Shown here piece after piece: positions 6,382 through 14,238 of a stretch of DNA of 58,222 bases. Below the pieces are notes generated by a model that did no database searches, had not been told where the DNA came from, and saw only the letters and a list, made by a program, of their open reading frames with translations. The DNA comes from a virus (lineage: Duplodnaviria > Caudoviricetes): the IMG/VR virus record IMGVR_UViG_3300046009_003881, positions 1-58,222 of that record, one strand, 5' to 3'. Numbering within the stretch: position 1 is the first letter of the stretch; each line of letters opens with the position of its first letter. Both the position numbers and the translations under genes were made by a program.

Positions 6382-6816
6382 ATGGCTAAGAAAACAACAA
6401 CTGGGAAGCCGCTAGAGTCAAATAGAATCCCTATGAAGACCGCTGCTAATCCAACTCAGCAAACAAAGAAGACATCTTCTATCCCAACAAACTTTGTAGC
6501 AAGAATGAATGAAAGAGAAGCCGCTGCAAAATCAGCTAAGAACGATGCGACAATGGCAAAGATGGGACTTACACAAAAAAATTCAGACGGAACATACTCG
6601 CGTCCTAAGGCTGCGTCAGGTGCTGCGGCAGGTGCTAAGGCAGGTGCTGCGGCAGGTGCTAAGGCAGGTCCTAAGGCTGTGTCAGGTGCTGCGGCAGGTG
6701 CTAAGGCAGGTGCTAAGGCAGGCTCTAGCGCATCTCAAGATGCAAGAGCGGCATCAAAAGGATTTACAGTAAAGAACTCAGACGGAACGTACTCGCGTCC
6801 TAAGAGCAAACGATAA
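6382..6816 (+). CDS. Basic Ala/Lys-rich repeat protein (144 aa)
   Basis: AGAK/AGAA repeats; KNSDGTYSRPK present twice. Confidence 0.8.
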   Translation: MAKKTTTGKPLESNRIPMKTAANPTQQTKKTSSIPTNFVARMNEREAAAKSAKNDATMAKMGLTQKNSDGTYSRPKAASGAAAGAKAGAAAGAKAGPKAVSGAAAGAKAGAKAGSSASQDARAASKGFTVKNSDGTYSRPKSKR

Positions 6817-6846
6817 AATCAATTCGTTACAAAATAACAAATCAAA

Positions 6847-7158
6847 ATGGAAAGAATCTCAATGAAGACTTCTTCTAATCCTAGTCAACAGACTAAGAAG
6901 ACATCTTCGATCCTAGCAAACTTTTCGGACAATACGTCTAAGGGTAAATCAGAGCGGTTGAACAATCGCGCTGAAAGAGTTATGGGAAGAGCGCAGAAGA
7001 ATTGGAGCAAGGCACAAGATGCTTTGAATTATGACGAGACAAGCAAGGCAGGGACTTCTAATGCTGTAGCGTATGCTAGTCAGAAACTCAATAAATCTGC
7101 TAGACAAGCTGAAAAAGCGCAGAAGCTTAAAGCGAAAGCTGCATCATATAAAAAATAA
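6847..7158 (+). CDS. Basic protein (103 aa) sharing an N-terminal motif with the previous gene
   Basis: RISMKTSSNPSQQTKKTSSI vs RIPMKTAANPTQQTKKTSSI. Confidence 0.8.
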   Translation: MERISMKTSSNPSQQTKKTSSILANFSDNTSKGKSERLNNRAERVMGRAQKNWSKAQDALNYDETSKAGTSNAVAYASQKLNKSARQAEKAQKLKAKAASYKK

Positions 7159-7169
7159 CAAATAGACAA

Positions 7170-7340
7170 ATGGAAAAGAAAGAACAAATCCTAGGTGTCA
7201 TCCGACACACTCTAACATTCCTAGGTGGTGTACTAGTTACGCGAGGAATTATCGACGAGTCAACACTTGCTGAGTTCTCAGGAGCTGCAGTTACGCTCAT
7301 CGGTATTGTATGGTCAGTAATCAATAACAGCAAAATCTAA
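7170..7340 (+). CDS. Small two-TM holin-like protein (56 aa, MEKKEQILGVIRHTLTFLGG...), not in ORF track
   Basis: Manual translation; IRH.LT..GG motif and WS ending recalled from small phage holins. Confidence 0.65.
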   Translation: MEKKEQILGVIRHTLTFLGGVLVTRGIIDESTLAEFSGAAVTLIGIVWSVINNSKI

Positions 7341-7344
7341 AGCA

Positions 7345-7467
7345 ATGAAAGCAATGGGTTCAAAAAAAGCTATGGCTATGCCAATGGCTAAGAGCGCGAA
7401 GAAAGCTATGCCAATGGCAAAGGGTTCTAAAAAGCCAATGATGAAAGGTGGAAAAAAGGCTTGCTAA
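7345..7467 (+). CDS. Lys/Met/Ala-rich 40-aa peptide, not in ORF track
   Basis: MKAMGSKKAMAMPMAKSAKKAMPMAKGSKKPMMKGGKKAC; stop abuts next ATG. Confidence 0.6.
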   Translation: MKAMGSKKAMAMPMAKSAKKAMPMAKGSKKPMMKGGKKAC

Positions 7468-7758
7468 ATGGCAACCAAATCTACAATGAAATGCAACCGT
7501 GTCGTTGCTTCGGATAGACCAGGGAAGAAGAAGATGGTTAAGGCTTGCGCTAACGGGCAGGAAAAACTAATTCACTTCGGGGCTGAGGGCTATGGTCACA
7601 ACTATTCGGCAGCGGCACGGAAGTCATTTAAAGCAAGGCACAAGTGCGATACAGCCAACGACAAGTTGACCGCTGCGTACTGGTCCTGTAAAAAACTATG
7701 GGCAGGTCCAGGCGGTGATACGCAGGGCAGTCCAAAATCAAAGAAGGGAAAGTACTGA
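7468..7758 (+). CDS. Conserved basic phage protein (96 aa; RKSFKARHKC...YWSCKKLW)
   Basis: ORF track; motif recalled from uncultured phage proteins. Confidence 0.8.
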   Translation: MATKSTMKCNRVVASDRPGKKKMVKACANGQEKLIHFGAEGYGHNYSAAARKSFKARHKCDTANDKLTAAYWSCKKLWAGPGGDTQGSPKSKKGKY

Positions 7759-7871
7759 TGAAGAAGATAATAAAAAAAGCAGCGAAGTACGAGTCTAAGA
7801 AATCTTTAGATGGACCTATGAAGTTTCTCAAGGGGAACGTAAGCGAGGTGTCTAAAAAGAAAAAGAAATGA
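7758..7871 (+). CDS. Lys-rich 37-aa peptide, not in ORF track
   Basis: MKKIIKKAAKYESKKSLDGPMKFLKGNVSEVSKKKKK; TGATG and ATGA overlaps on both sides. Confidence 0.6.
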   Translation: MKKIIKKAAKYESKKSLDGPMKFLKGNVSEVSKKKKK

Positions 7872-8203
7872 AGGACGCTTGCTACAAAAAAGTAAAGGCA
7901 CAGTACGATGTCTTCCCATCGGCAAGAGCGTCACAAGCAATTGCTAAGTGCAGGAAGGCTTCGGGCAGTGTGAGAAAAGGCGAAGAGGGAACATCGCTCA
8001 AGCGATGGGAGAAGGAGAAGTGGGTAGACACACGAACAGGAAGTGCGTGTGGAGCCGGTGGAAAGAACGAGTACTGTAGACCGACAAAGAAGGTCTCAGC
8101 ATCTACTCCTAAAACGAAATCTGAAATATCACCTGCGAAACTAGCTTCTAAGAAAGCAGAGAAGTCAAGGGTTGGTATGGGAAGACGAGTATCAAGAGTT
8201 TGA
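7868..8203 (+). CDS. Conserved basic Cys-containing phage protein (111 aa)
   Basis: LKRWEKEKW...YCRPTKKVS...TPKT motif. Confidence 0.8.
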   Translation: MKDACYKKVKAQYDVFPSARASQAIAKCRKASGSVRKGEEGTSLKRWEKEKWVDTRTGSACGAGGKNEYCRPTKKVSASTPKTKSEISPAKLASKKAEKSRVGMGRRVSRV

Positions 8204-8228
8204 TGAAACGGATACGGAAATAGATATG

Positions 8229-8236
8229 TACATTTG
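8229..8236 (+). promoter_or_regulatory. Promoter -7 box TACATTTG
   Basis: TAnnTTTG in an intergenic gap. Confidence 0.45.
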
Positions 8237-8328
8237 CATAAGTAAAATTCTGACCAAGATCGGCATAAAGTTTATTCTGATGGCAGACAGGGTCAAGTGG
8301 ATTGGAAAAAAGAAACTCTAAGATAATT

Positions 8329-8499
8329 ATGATTCAATCAGGTAAAAGCAGAGGTCTAGGCGATACGTTCGCAAAGGTTACAAAGGCTACGGGTGTCAAG
8401 AAGATTGTTGACACTGTATCGAAAGCCATTGACGTTCCTTGCGGATGCCCTGAAAGACAGGACACTTTAAACAGATTGTTCCCATACAATAACAAATAA
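8329..8499 (+). CDS. Small conserved phage protein (GLGDT...CGC...LNRLFPY)
   Basis: ORF 8302..8499; first ATG at 8329. Confidence 0.7.
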   Translation: MIQSGKSRGLGDTFAKVTKATGVKKIVDTVSKAIDVPCGCPERQDTLNRLFPYNNK

Positions 8500-8504
8500 A
8501 AACG

Positions 8505-8987
8505 ATGGCATACCAAAAGCTACAAGCAGGAAGAGGAATAGCTGTAATCACAAGCAATACAGTTGACGTTCCATTTCCAGGAACAACAAAACAATCGCAA
8601 AGTACAAACACATCTACCGGTGGCGGTGGATTAAACCTGATCGATACTGCGGCATTGTTCATTACAAGAGGCGTTGTCGTAGGTGATATCATCTACAATA
8701 CAACCGATGGAACTTGCGCTGTTGTATCATCAATTGTAAGCGAAACACAACTTGTTTGTAGCGCTGCAATATTTGCTGCATCAGGTAAGAAGTACTTGGT
8801 TTTCGATAAGACCGGAAACAACGGATGCGTTCTCTACGTTGGTGGAGCAGGCAATCTTTCTGTAAGAACAGTTGGCGGTGATACCATTATTCTTAACGGG
8901 GTAACTGCAGGGCAGTTTATTCCTGTTCAAGTCCTAGGTGTTAATGCGAGCAATACTACAGCAACAAATATCGTGGCGCTCTGGTAA
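8505..8987 (+). CDS. Putative virion spike/decoration protein (160 aa)
   Basis: LYVGGAGNL...FIPVQV...TTATNIVALW pattern, beta-rich. Confidence 0.65.
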   Translation: MAYQKLQAGRGIAVITSNTVDVPFPGTTKQSQSTNTSTGGGGLNLIDTAALFITRGVVVGDIIYNTTDGTCAVVSSIVSETQLVCSAAIFAASGKKYLVFDKTGNNGCVLYVGGAGNLSVRTVGGDTIILNGVTAGQFIPVQVLGVNASNTTATNIVALW

Positions 8988-8988
8988 T

Positions 8989-9135
8989 ATGGAAAGCTCT
9001 TTAATGATAGCTATTGTGAATACTATGACTGGACCTCCGTCCGGATCAGAACCCGATGTTATCTATCTTGTAAAAGAAAATGGAATAGACTTACTAGTTA
9101 CTCAAGGTGATAACTTAATGATACCAGAACAATAA
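8989..9135 (+). CDS. Small virion-associated hypothetical protein (48 aa)
   Basis: ORF 8938..9135; ATG at 8989 follows the upstream stop. Confidence 0.55.
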   Translation: MESSLMIAIVNTMTGPPSGSEPDVIYLVKENGIDLLVTQGDNLMIPEQ

Positions 9136-9872
9136 TGGCAAATGTAAAATTCTCACAGTTTACCGCAGCAACTATATCCGCAACGGGATTTATAGTGGGG
9201 TATGACTCTGTGCTAAATGACAACATAAGACTTACTCTCGCTCAATTAGAAACAGCGTTAACTCTTAATAACCTATCGGGAGTATTAGGTACTGCAAAGG
9301 GAGGTATGCTTACCGGAGGAACAGCGAGTCAAGTGCTTGCAAAAAACACCAACTCAAATTATGATTTGTTTTGGAAAACCCTTACGACAGCTGACATATC
9401 AGGACTTTATAGTGTTGGTCTCACCACTGATGCTACTGCTGTGACGGGAACTAGTGCATTAACAATAATGCGCTCTCAATTAATTCCTGCCGGTACATTT
9501 GGAGTAAAGAATATAGCAGCAACCATTCGTCAACGTACTAGAAAAACAGGGACGGGAGGTACATACACAATCGGCATCTATGTAAATACAACACCATCTC
9601 TTACAGGAGCGCTTCAATTAGGAGTAGCTACCACCGCTGGTGTTGGTTTTTTAGGGCAACAAATGAAAAGAGAATTATTTTTTAAGTCTACAACAAGTAC
9701 AGAGACGATGCCTACAAACTCGTCCGCTCATACCGACGATGCGTTCACGAATCAAACTGTTGCCACTACAAATATCAATTGGGGGATTAACCAATACATA
9801 TTGTTTACCACCCAAAATGTAAGCTTAACCGATTCAGTTGTTCAAACTGGATTCACAATTGCGCTACTATGA
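9135..9872 (+). CDS. Putative minor tail fibre/structural protein (245 aa)
   Basis: MANVKFSQF start, GGTASQVLAK motif, Thr/Gly-rich. Confidence 0.65.
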   Translation: MANVKFSQFTAATISATGFIVGYDSVLNDNIRLTLAQLETALTLNNLSGVLGTAKGGMLTGGTASQVLAKNTNSNYDLFWKTLTTADISGLYSVGLTTDATAVTGTSALTIMRSQLIPAGTFGVKNIAATIRQRTRKTGTGGTYTIGIYVNTTPSLTGALQLGVATTAGVGFLGQQMKRELFFKSTTSTETMPTNSSAHTDDAFTNQTVATTNINWGINQYILFTTQNVSLTDSVVQTGFTIALL

Positions 9873-10099
9873 ACCTAATAAAAACATCAACGGGGCTATT
9901 GTGTGAGAGCGGAAGGTTCTACACATTTGCTTCTAATTACGTTCACTTCCCCCCTCTTGGATATGAGGGAGTCTCTGATAGCCAAGCGCTATTTGAGACC
10001 GCAGATGGAATCATACTTATGGACTTGACTATGGTTATAGACAAAATAACATTCACAGACATAGACGTGCTTATGCAGTACGTGACAACGCCTATCTAA
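9869..10099 (+). CDS. Hypothetical protein (76 aa)
   Basis: ORF track, ATGA overlap. Confidence 0.65.
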   Translation: MNLIKTSTGLLCESGRFYTFASNYVHFPPLGYEGVSDSQALFETADGIILMDLTMVIDKITFTDIDVLMQYVTTPI

Positions 10100-10100
10100 G

Positions 10101-10319
10101 ATGAACAATACGCACGACCTACAAGACTCAATTGCCGCAGCTACAGCAGGAACCTCTGTAGTTTCTGCCTTAGCCTCTAAGGCAACGGAACTTCAGCCTA
10201 TAATTTCTGCATTTTCAGGATTAATAGCTATAATCACTGGCGTATTCGCGATAGTCTACTACGTAAAGAGACTGAATAAGCTCGACGATGAGAACGGAGA
10301 GAGTATTGAGGACCAATAA
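10101..10319 (+). CDS. Putative holin (72 aa)
   Basis: TM helix followed by charged tail; directly upstream of the endolysin. Confidence 0.55.
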   Translation: MNNTHDLQDSIAAATAGTSVVSALASKATELQPIISAFSGLIAIITGVFAIVYYVKRLNKLDDENGESIEDQ

Positions 10320-10330
10320 GCCTAGGTAAT

Positions 10331-10792
10331 ATGACAACTCAGCAAGCAACAAAGCGATACGGAACCCCAAATCCAACCGGATCAGGTTACCTAACTACAA
10401 TACCACTCCCATACCCTATGCGAATTGCCTGGGATACGGATGTTACTGTAGAAAAAATGCGCTGTCACGAGCTTATTGCTAATAATCTTAGCAACGTGTT
10501 CAATGATTTGCTTGCTCACTACGGATACGATAAGATAAAGGAGCTAGGGATTGATCTATTTGGCGGTTGCTTCAACTACCGAAAGAAGATTAACGGCTCA
10601 TCTTGGTCAATGCACTCTTGGGGTATAGCGATTGACCTCGATCCTGCTAGAAATACCCTGAGAGAAACAAAGCGCACCGCTAGATTCGCTCGTCCTGAGT
10701 ACAAACCAATGATAGATATCTTCTACAAGCACGGATTTATTTCTTTGGGCGTAGAAAAGGATATGGATTGGATGCACTTTGAAATTAAATAG
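10331..10792 (+). CDS. Endolysin, M15-family Zn peptidase (153 aa)
   Basis: [14 protein letters not shown] (SxHxxGxAxD) and DWMHFE motifs. Confidence 0.9.
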   Translation: MTTQQATKRYGTPNPTGSGYLTTIPLPYPMRIAWDTDVTVEKMRCHELIANNLSNVFNDLLAHYGYDKIKELGIDLFGGCFNYRKKINGSSWSMHSWGIAIDLDPARNTLRETKRTARFARPEYKPMIDIFYKHGFISLGVEKDMDWMHFEIK

Positions 10793-10794
10793 CA

Positions 10795-11247
10795 ATGGAA
10801 GAGAGAAAAAAGTTTAGGGACACCAAGGTTGGGGTGTGGCTCAAGCAAAAGTCACCTGCAATCCTGGAAACGGTAGGGGATTTACTACCCGACGATGGGG
10901 TTCTTGGAATTGTCAAGAACTTAATTGACAAATCAACGATGTCTTCCGATGATAAGAAGTATGCTCACGAGCAATTGAAGGAATTGTATGCGTTAGAGGT
11001 TGCTGATCGTGAATCGGCTAGGAACAGAGAGATTGAAGTCTCCAAAACTAGAAGCTTTGACTTCCTGTTCAACCTAACCGGTGTTATCGGGCTAGGAACA
11101 TTCCTATTTATCATCTATGTTATCGTGTACATACAGGTTCCTGAGGAGAATAAGGAGATATGGATACATCTTATCGGTATATGCGAGGGTGTTGTCCTAT
11201 CAATCTTCGGATACTACTTTGGAAGCGCAGTAAAGCGCAATCAATAA
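10795..11247 (+). CDS. Holin-like membrane protein (150 aa)
   Basis: RESARNRE, two TM helices, YYFGS ending. Confidence 0.7.
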   Translation: MEERKKFRDTKVGVWLKQKSPAILETVGDLLPDDGVLGIVKNLIDKSTMSSDDKKYAHEQLKELYALEVADRESARNREIEVSKTRSFDFLFNLTGVIGLGTFLFIIYVIVYIQVPEENKEIWIHLIGICEGVVLSIFGYYFGSAVKRNQ

Positions 11248-11255
11248 TAATATAC

Positions 11256-11263
11256 TATCTTTG
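11256..11263 (+). promoter_or_regulatory. Promoter -7 box TATCTTTG
   Basis: TAnnTTTG followed by an A-rich leader. Confidence 0.55.
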
Positions 11264-11284
11264 TTAAATCAAAAATCAAATAAA

Positions 11285-11539
11285 ATGGAAATTGTATCAG
11301 ACAAAAAGAAGGTTACAGCTGAAGAACTAAGTATGCTTCAAGCTATGAACACAACATTCATCAACTCTAAGATGGCGCTTGGCGATCTTGAACTCAAGAA
11401 GCAGTCGCTGCTTAAAGAGATTGATGATCTTAAAGTAGACTTTGCAAAAAACGAGCAAGCTCTGATTGGTAAGTACGGAATGAATTCTGTTATCAACATT
11501 CAGACTGGCGAAATAACCGAGAAAAAAGAAAATGGCTAA
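11285..11539 (+). CDS. Coiled-coil hypothetical protein (84 aa)
   Basis: ORF 11261..11539; ATG at 11285; KYG...INIQTGEI motif. Confidence 0.7.
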   Translation: MEIVSDKKKVTAEELSMLQAMNTTFINSKMALGDLELKKQSLLKEIDDLKVDFAKNEQALIGKYGMNSVINIQTGEITEKKENG

Positions 11540-13109
11540 GATTAGTACCTACCCGATAGACGCAACGCTATCAGCATCAGACCTTCTAATAGGAACGGAC
11601 GCTGATAATATGAACGCTACCAAGAACTACACACTTGGAAGCATCGCTGCATTTATTCAGTCATTAGCGCCTGCTAATACACTTCAAGAGGTTCTTGATG
11701 CTGGCAACTCAGCGACTCAAGACATTAGTCTAACGGGTGACATTACTATCTTAGGTGGTGCAAACATAATCACTTCTCCAAACGCAAGTTTTGGAAAGAT
11801 AGTTTTAACCGGAAGGTTTGTAGATGGAGCAGCTTCTGTTGGACTGTATGGTCAAGCACTAACCTCCACAGGTACAGATACACGATGGAATACTATTGAC
11901 CTTACTGCCGTTCTTCAACAAGGAAACTCTTCAGTTTATAGCATAACCCTTACAGGTTCAGCATCTTTAAGCGCACCTACCGTTGAGGCAACTCAAGCTC
12001 TTATTGTAGGTGGAACTCTTGAGGATTCTGCTAGTTCTTACGGAACAAACGGACAGCTGCTAATGTCTACTGCATCAGCAACCGAATGGACCACTATCGG
12101 TATTCAAGAGATTCTTGATGCAAACAATTCAGCTACACAGGACCTGACTTTAGTCGGTCAAATATCTACTCAAAATTTATGGGTACAGGCTGCTCTTTAT
12201 GACTCCACCGGATTTGCCGGAACAAACGGTCAACTCTTAGTTACCACCGGTGGTACTCTTACAACACTTTGGACTACTGTTGACCTTGATTATGTTCTTG
12301 GGCAAGGAAATATTGCTACTCAAGGTATTCAGTTGACATCTTATTTAAAAGATGTTTTAGGAAATAATGGAACGCTTGGTCAAGTCCTTACAGCTACAGC
12401 ATCTAATACAGTTAAATGGACTAGCCTTGGTCTTCAAAATATTCTTGACGCAAACAATACGGCTATTGAAGATATTAATCTTACAGGAACTATAACTGTA
12501 GATAACATAGTTTCTAATACCGATATTAAACTTCTAGGAACTATTACAGATGGCAACACTTCAATAGGAACTCCAGGTCAAGTCCTTACAGCTACTGGAG
12601 GAAATGTACTTTGGGAAGATGCTGAAGCTGCGTTCACTTCGTACAGAGGTTCGTTCTACAGTCTTGTAGACCAAACTCTCACAGCACCAAATACAGCGAA
12701 AGCCATTATACTTGGCTCTACAGATGTGGCTGCAACTAATGGAGTGTCAATCACTAGTGATGGGGCTAATCTGACTAGAATTACGTTTGCTCACGCAGGC
12801 GTTTATAATGTAGTGTTCTCAGCTCAATTAGAAAACGCAGCAGGCTCATCTCAAACTGCAAGCTTTTGGCTAAGAAAGAACGGGCTTATACTTGCGGATA
12901 ATGTTCCGGATACCAATGGAAAAGTAGAACTTCAAGGTGGTACTAATCACGCGATGGCTGCTTGGAATTACTTTATAGATGTCAACGCAGGAGACTTTAT
13001 TCATCTTATGTTTGCGGCTACGTCAACTAACATATCTCTAGTACACGATGCGGCAAGCGGTCCCTCTCCTGCTACACCAAGTGTTATAGTTACAGTAAAT
13101 AAGGTCTAA
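11532..13109 (+). CDS. Tail fibre/spike-like protein (525 aa) with internal repeats
   Basis: Repeated LQ.VL..GN.ATQ and GT.GQ.L units; beta-rich C-terminal domain. Confidence 0.75.
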   Translation: MAKISTYPIDATLSASDLLIGTDADNMNATKNYTLGSIAAFIQSLAPANTLQEVLDAGNSATQDISLTGDITILGGANIITSPNASFGKIVLTGRFVDGAASVGLYGQALTSTGTDTRWNTIDLTAVLQQGNSSVYSITLTGSASLSAPTVEATQALIVGGTLEDSASSYGTNGQLLMSTASATEWTTIGIQEILDANNSATQDLTLVGQISTQNLWVQAALYDSTGFAGTNGQLLVTTGGTLTTLWTTVDLDYVLGQGNIATQGIQLTSYLKDVLGNNGTLGQVLTATASNTVKWTSLGLQNILDANNTAIEDINLTGTITVDNIVSNTDIKLLGTITDGNTSIGTPGQVLTATGGNVLWEDAEAAFTSYRGSFYSLVDQTLTAPNTAKAIILGSTDVAATNGVSITSDGANLTRITFAHAGVYNVVFSAQLENAAGSSQTASFWLRKNGLILADNVPDTNGKVELQGGTNHAMAAWNYFIDVNAGDFIHLMFAATSTNISLVHDAASGPSPATPSVIVTVNKV

Positions 13110-13115
13110 TAAAGA

Positions 13116-13343
13116 TTGGCTCACATAAGGAAAATATCAATAGGTTCTGACTACAAGAACGCAATGCACTACGTTGTTGGTCAGAAGATAATTGGTGATT
13201 CTAATGAGATCCACGAGATAAATTATAACGAGCAGAAGGAATCCTATAGGATCTATGCTATGAATGAAAAGCAAGAGGTTGCTCTGTGGAAAGAGTTTAC
13301 CAATAGAGTTCCAATTTCAATTGAATATAATATCGAATTTTAA
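13116..13343 (+). CDS. Hypothetical protein (75 aa, TTG start)
   Basis: ORF track; packed between neighbours. Confidence 0.7.
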   Translation: MAHIRKISIGSDYKNAMHYVVGQKIIGDSNEIHEINYNEQKESYRIYAMNEKQEVALWKEFTNRVPISIEYNIEF

Positions 13344-13906
13344 TGAAGTCTCCATTCTATTTCATTGCAAAGCCAATGGATGGAAAGAGGTACAACAACA
13401 CTAAGGATGTCGGTGGGATCGAGTTCATCACCAGCACATCAGAGGAAGATCATAGGTTTTCAAATAGACTAGCTGTTGTTGAGGCTCTTCCAATCGGCTA
13501 TACCGGTCCCATAAAGCAAGGGGACATTCTTCTTGTACATCACAATACCTTTAAGTACTACAACGATATGAAGGGAAGGCAGCGAAGCGGCAAGTCCTTC
13601 TTTCGGGATGACCTATTCTTTATTGAACAGGACCAGTTCTTTATGTACTTCAATGACAACGGATGGAACGCTTACGATAGGTACTGTTTTGTTGAGCCAA
13701 TCGAGGCAAGGGATTCCTACATAAAGAAGATGACAACCGAGGAGCCATTGATGGGGCGTATGGTTTATTCAAACCCATACCTAGAGTCTCAGGGCGTTGC
13801 CAGCGGATCTATTGTTTGCTTCAAACCCGAAAGCGAGTACACTTTTATTGTCGATGGCAAGAAGATGTACCGAATGTTTGATCATCAAATAACGATGGTG
13901 CTATGA
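13343..13906 (+). CDS. Tandem GroES-like protein (187 aa)
   Basis: Two halves resemble Cpn10: AVVEALP...IKQGDILL and GSIVCFKPESEYTFIVDGKKMYRM. Confidence 0.55.
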   Translation: MKSPFYFIAKPMDGKRYNNTKDVGGIEFITSTSEEDHRFSNRLAVVEALPIGYTGPIKQGDILLVHHNTFKYYNDMKGRQRSGKSFFRDDLFFIEQDQFFMYFNDNGWNAYDRYCFVEPIEARDSYIKKMTTEEPLMGRMVYSNPYLESQGVASGSIVCFKPESEYTFIVDGKKMYRMFDHQITMVL

Positions 13907-14238
13907 GCTACAACATAGATACAAAGAGAAGGATCATAGAGGCTGGTAAGAAGGCTATCGACGAACTTGTAAAGATTGCCGAGGACAAGGTATCCTTGGG
14001 AGGAGTTCAAGCTGATGATGATGATGGTGGGGTTACAGCTGATAAGCTAAAGAATGTAGCAATGACAAAGAAGATAGCCATCTTCGATGCGTTTGAAATA
14101 CTATCCAAGATCGAACAGGAAGAGGAGTCAATTAGAATAAGTCAATCATCCACGGGCGCAAGCAAGGTGGACAATACACAAGGATTTGCGGAAAGAAACT
14201 CAAGAAAGCCTGTACAGGGTTCTAGTAGACTACGTTGA
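13903..14238 (+). CDS. terS: Terminase small subunit (putative, 111 aa)
   Basis: Helical protein immediately upstream of TerL. Confidence 0.55.
   Translation: MSYNIDTKRRIIEAGKKAIDELVKIAEDKVSLGGVQADDDDGGVTADKLKNVAMTKKIAIFDAFEILSKIEQEEESIRISQSSTGASKVDNTQGFAERNSRKPVQGSSRLR

Noticed and set aside
11532-13109. Diversity-generating retroelement target in the tail fibre
   Set aside because: No reverse transcriptase and no adenine-specific template/variable repeat pair; the repeats are ordinary protein repeats.
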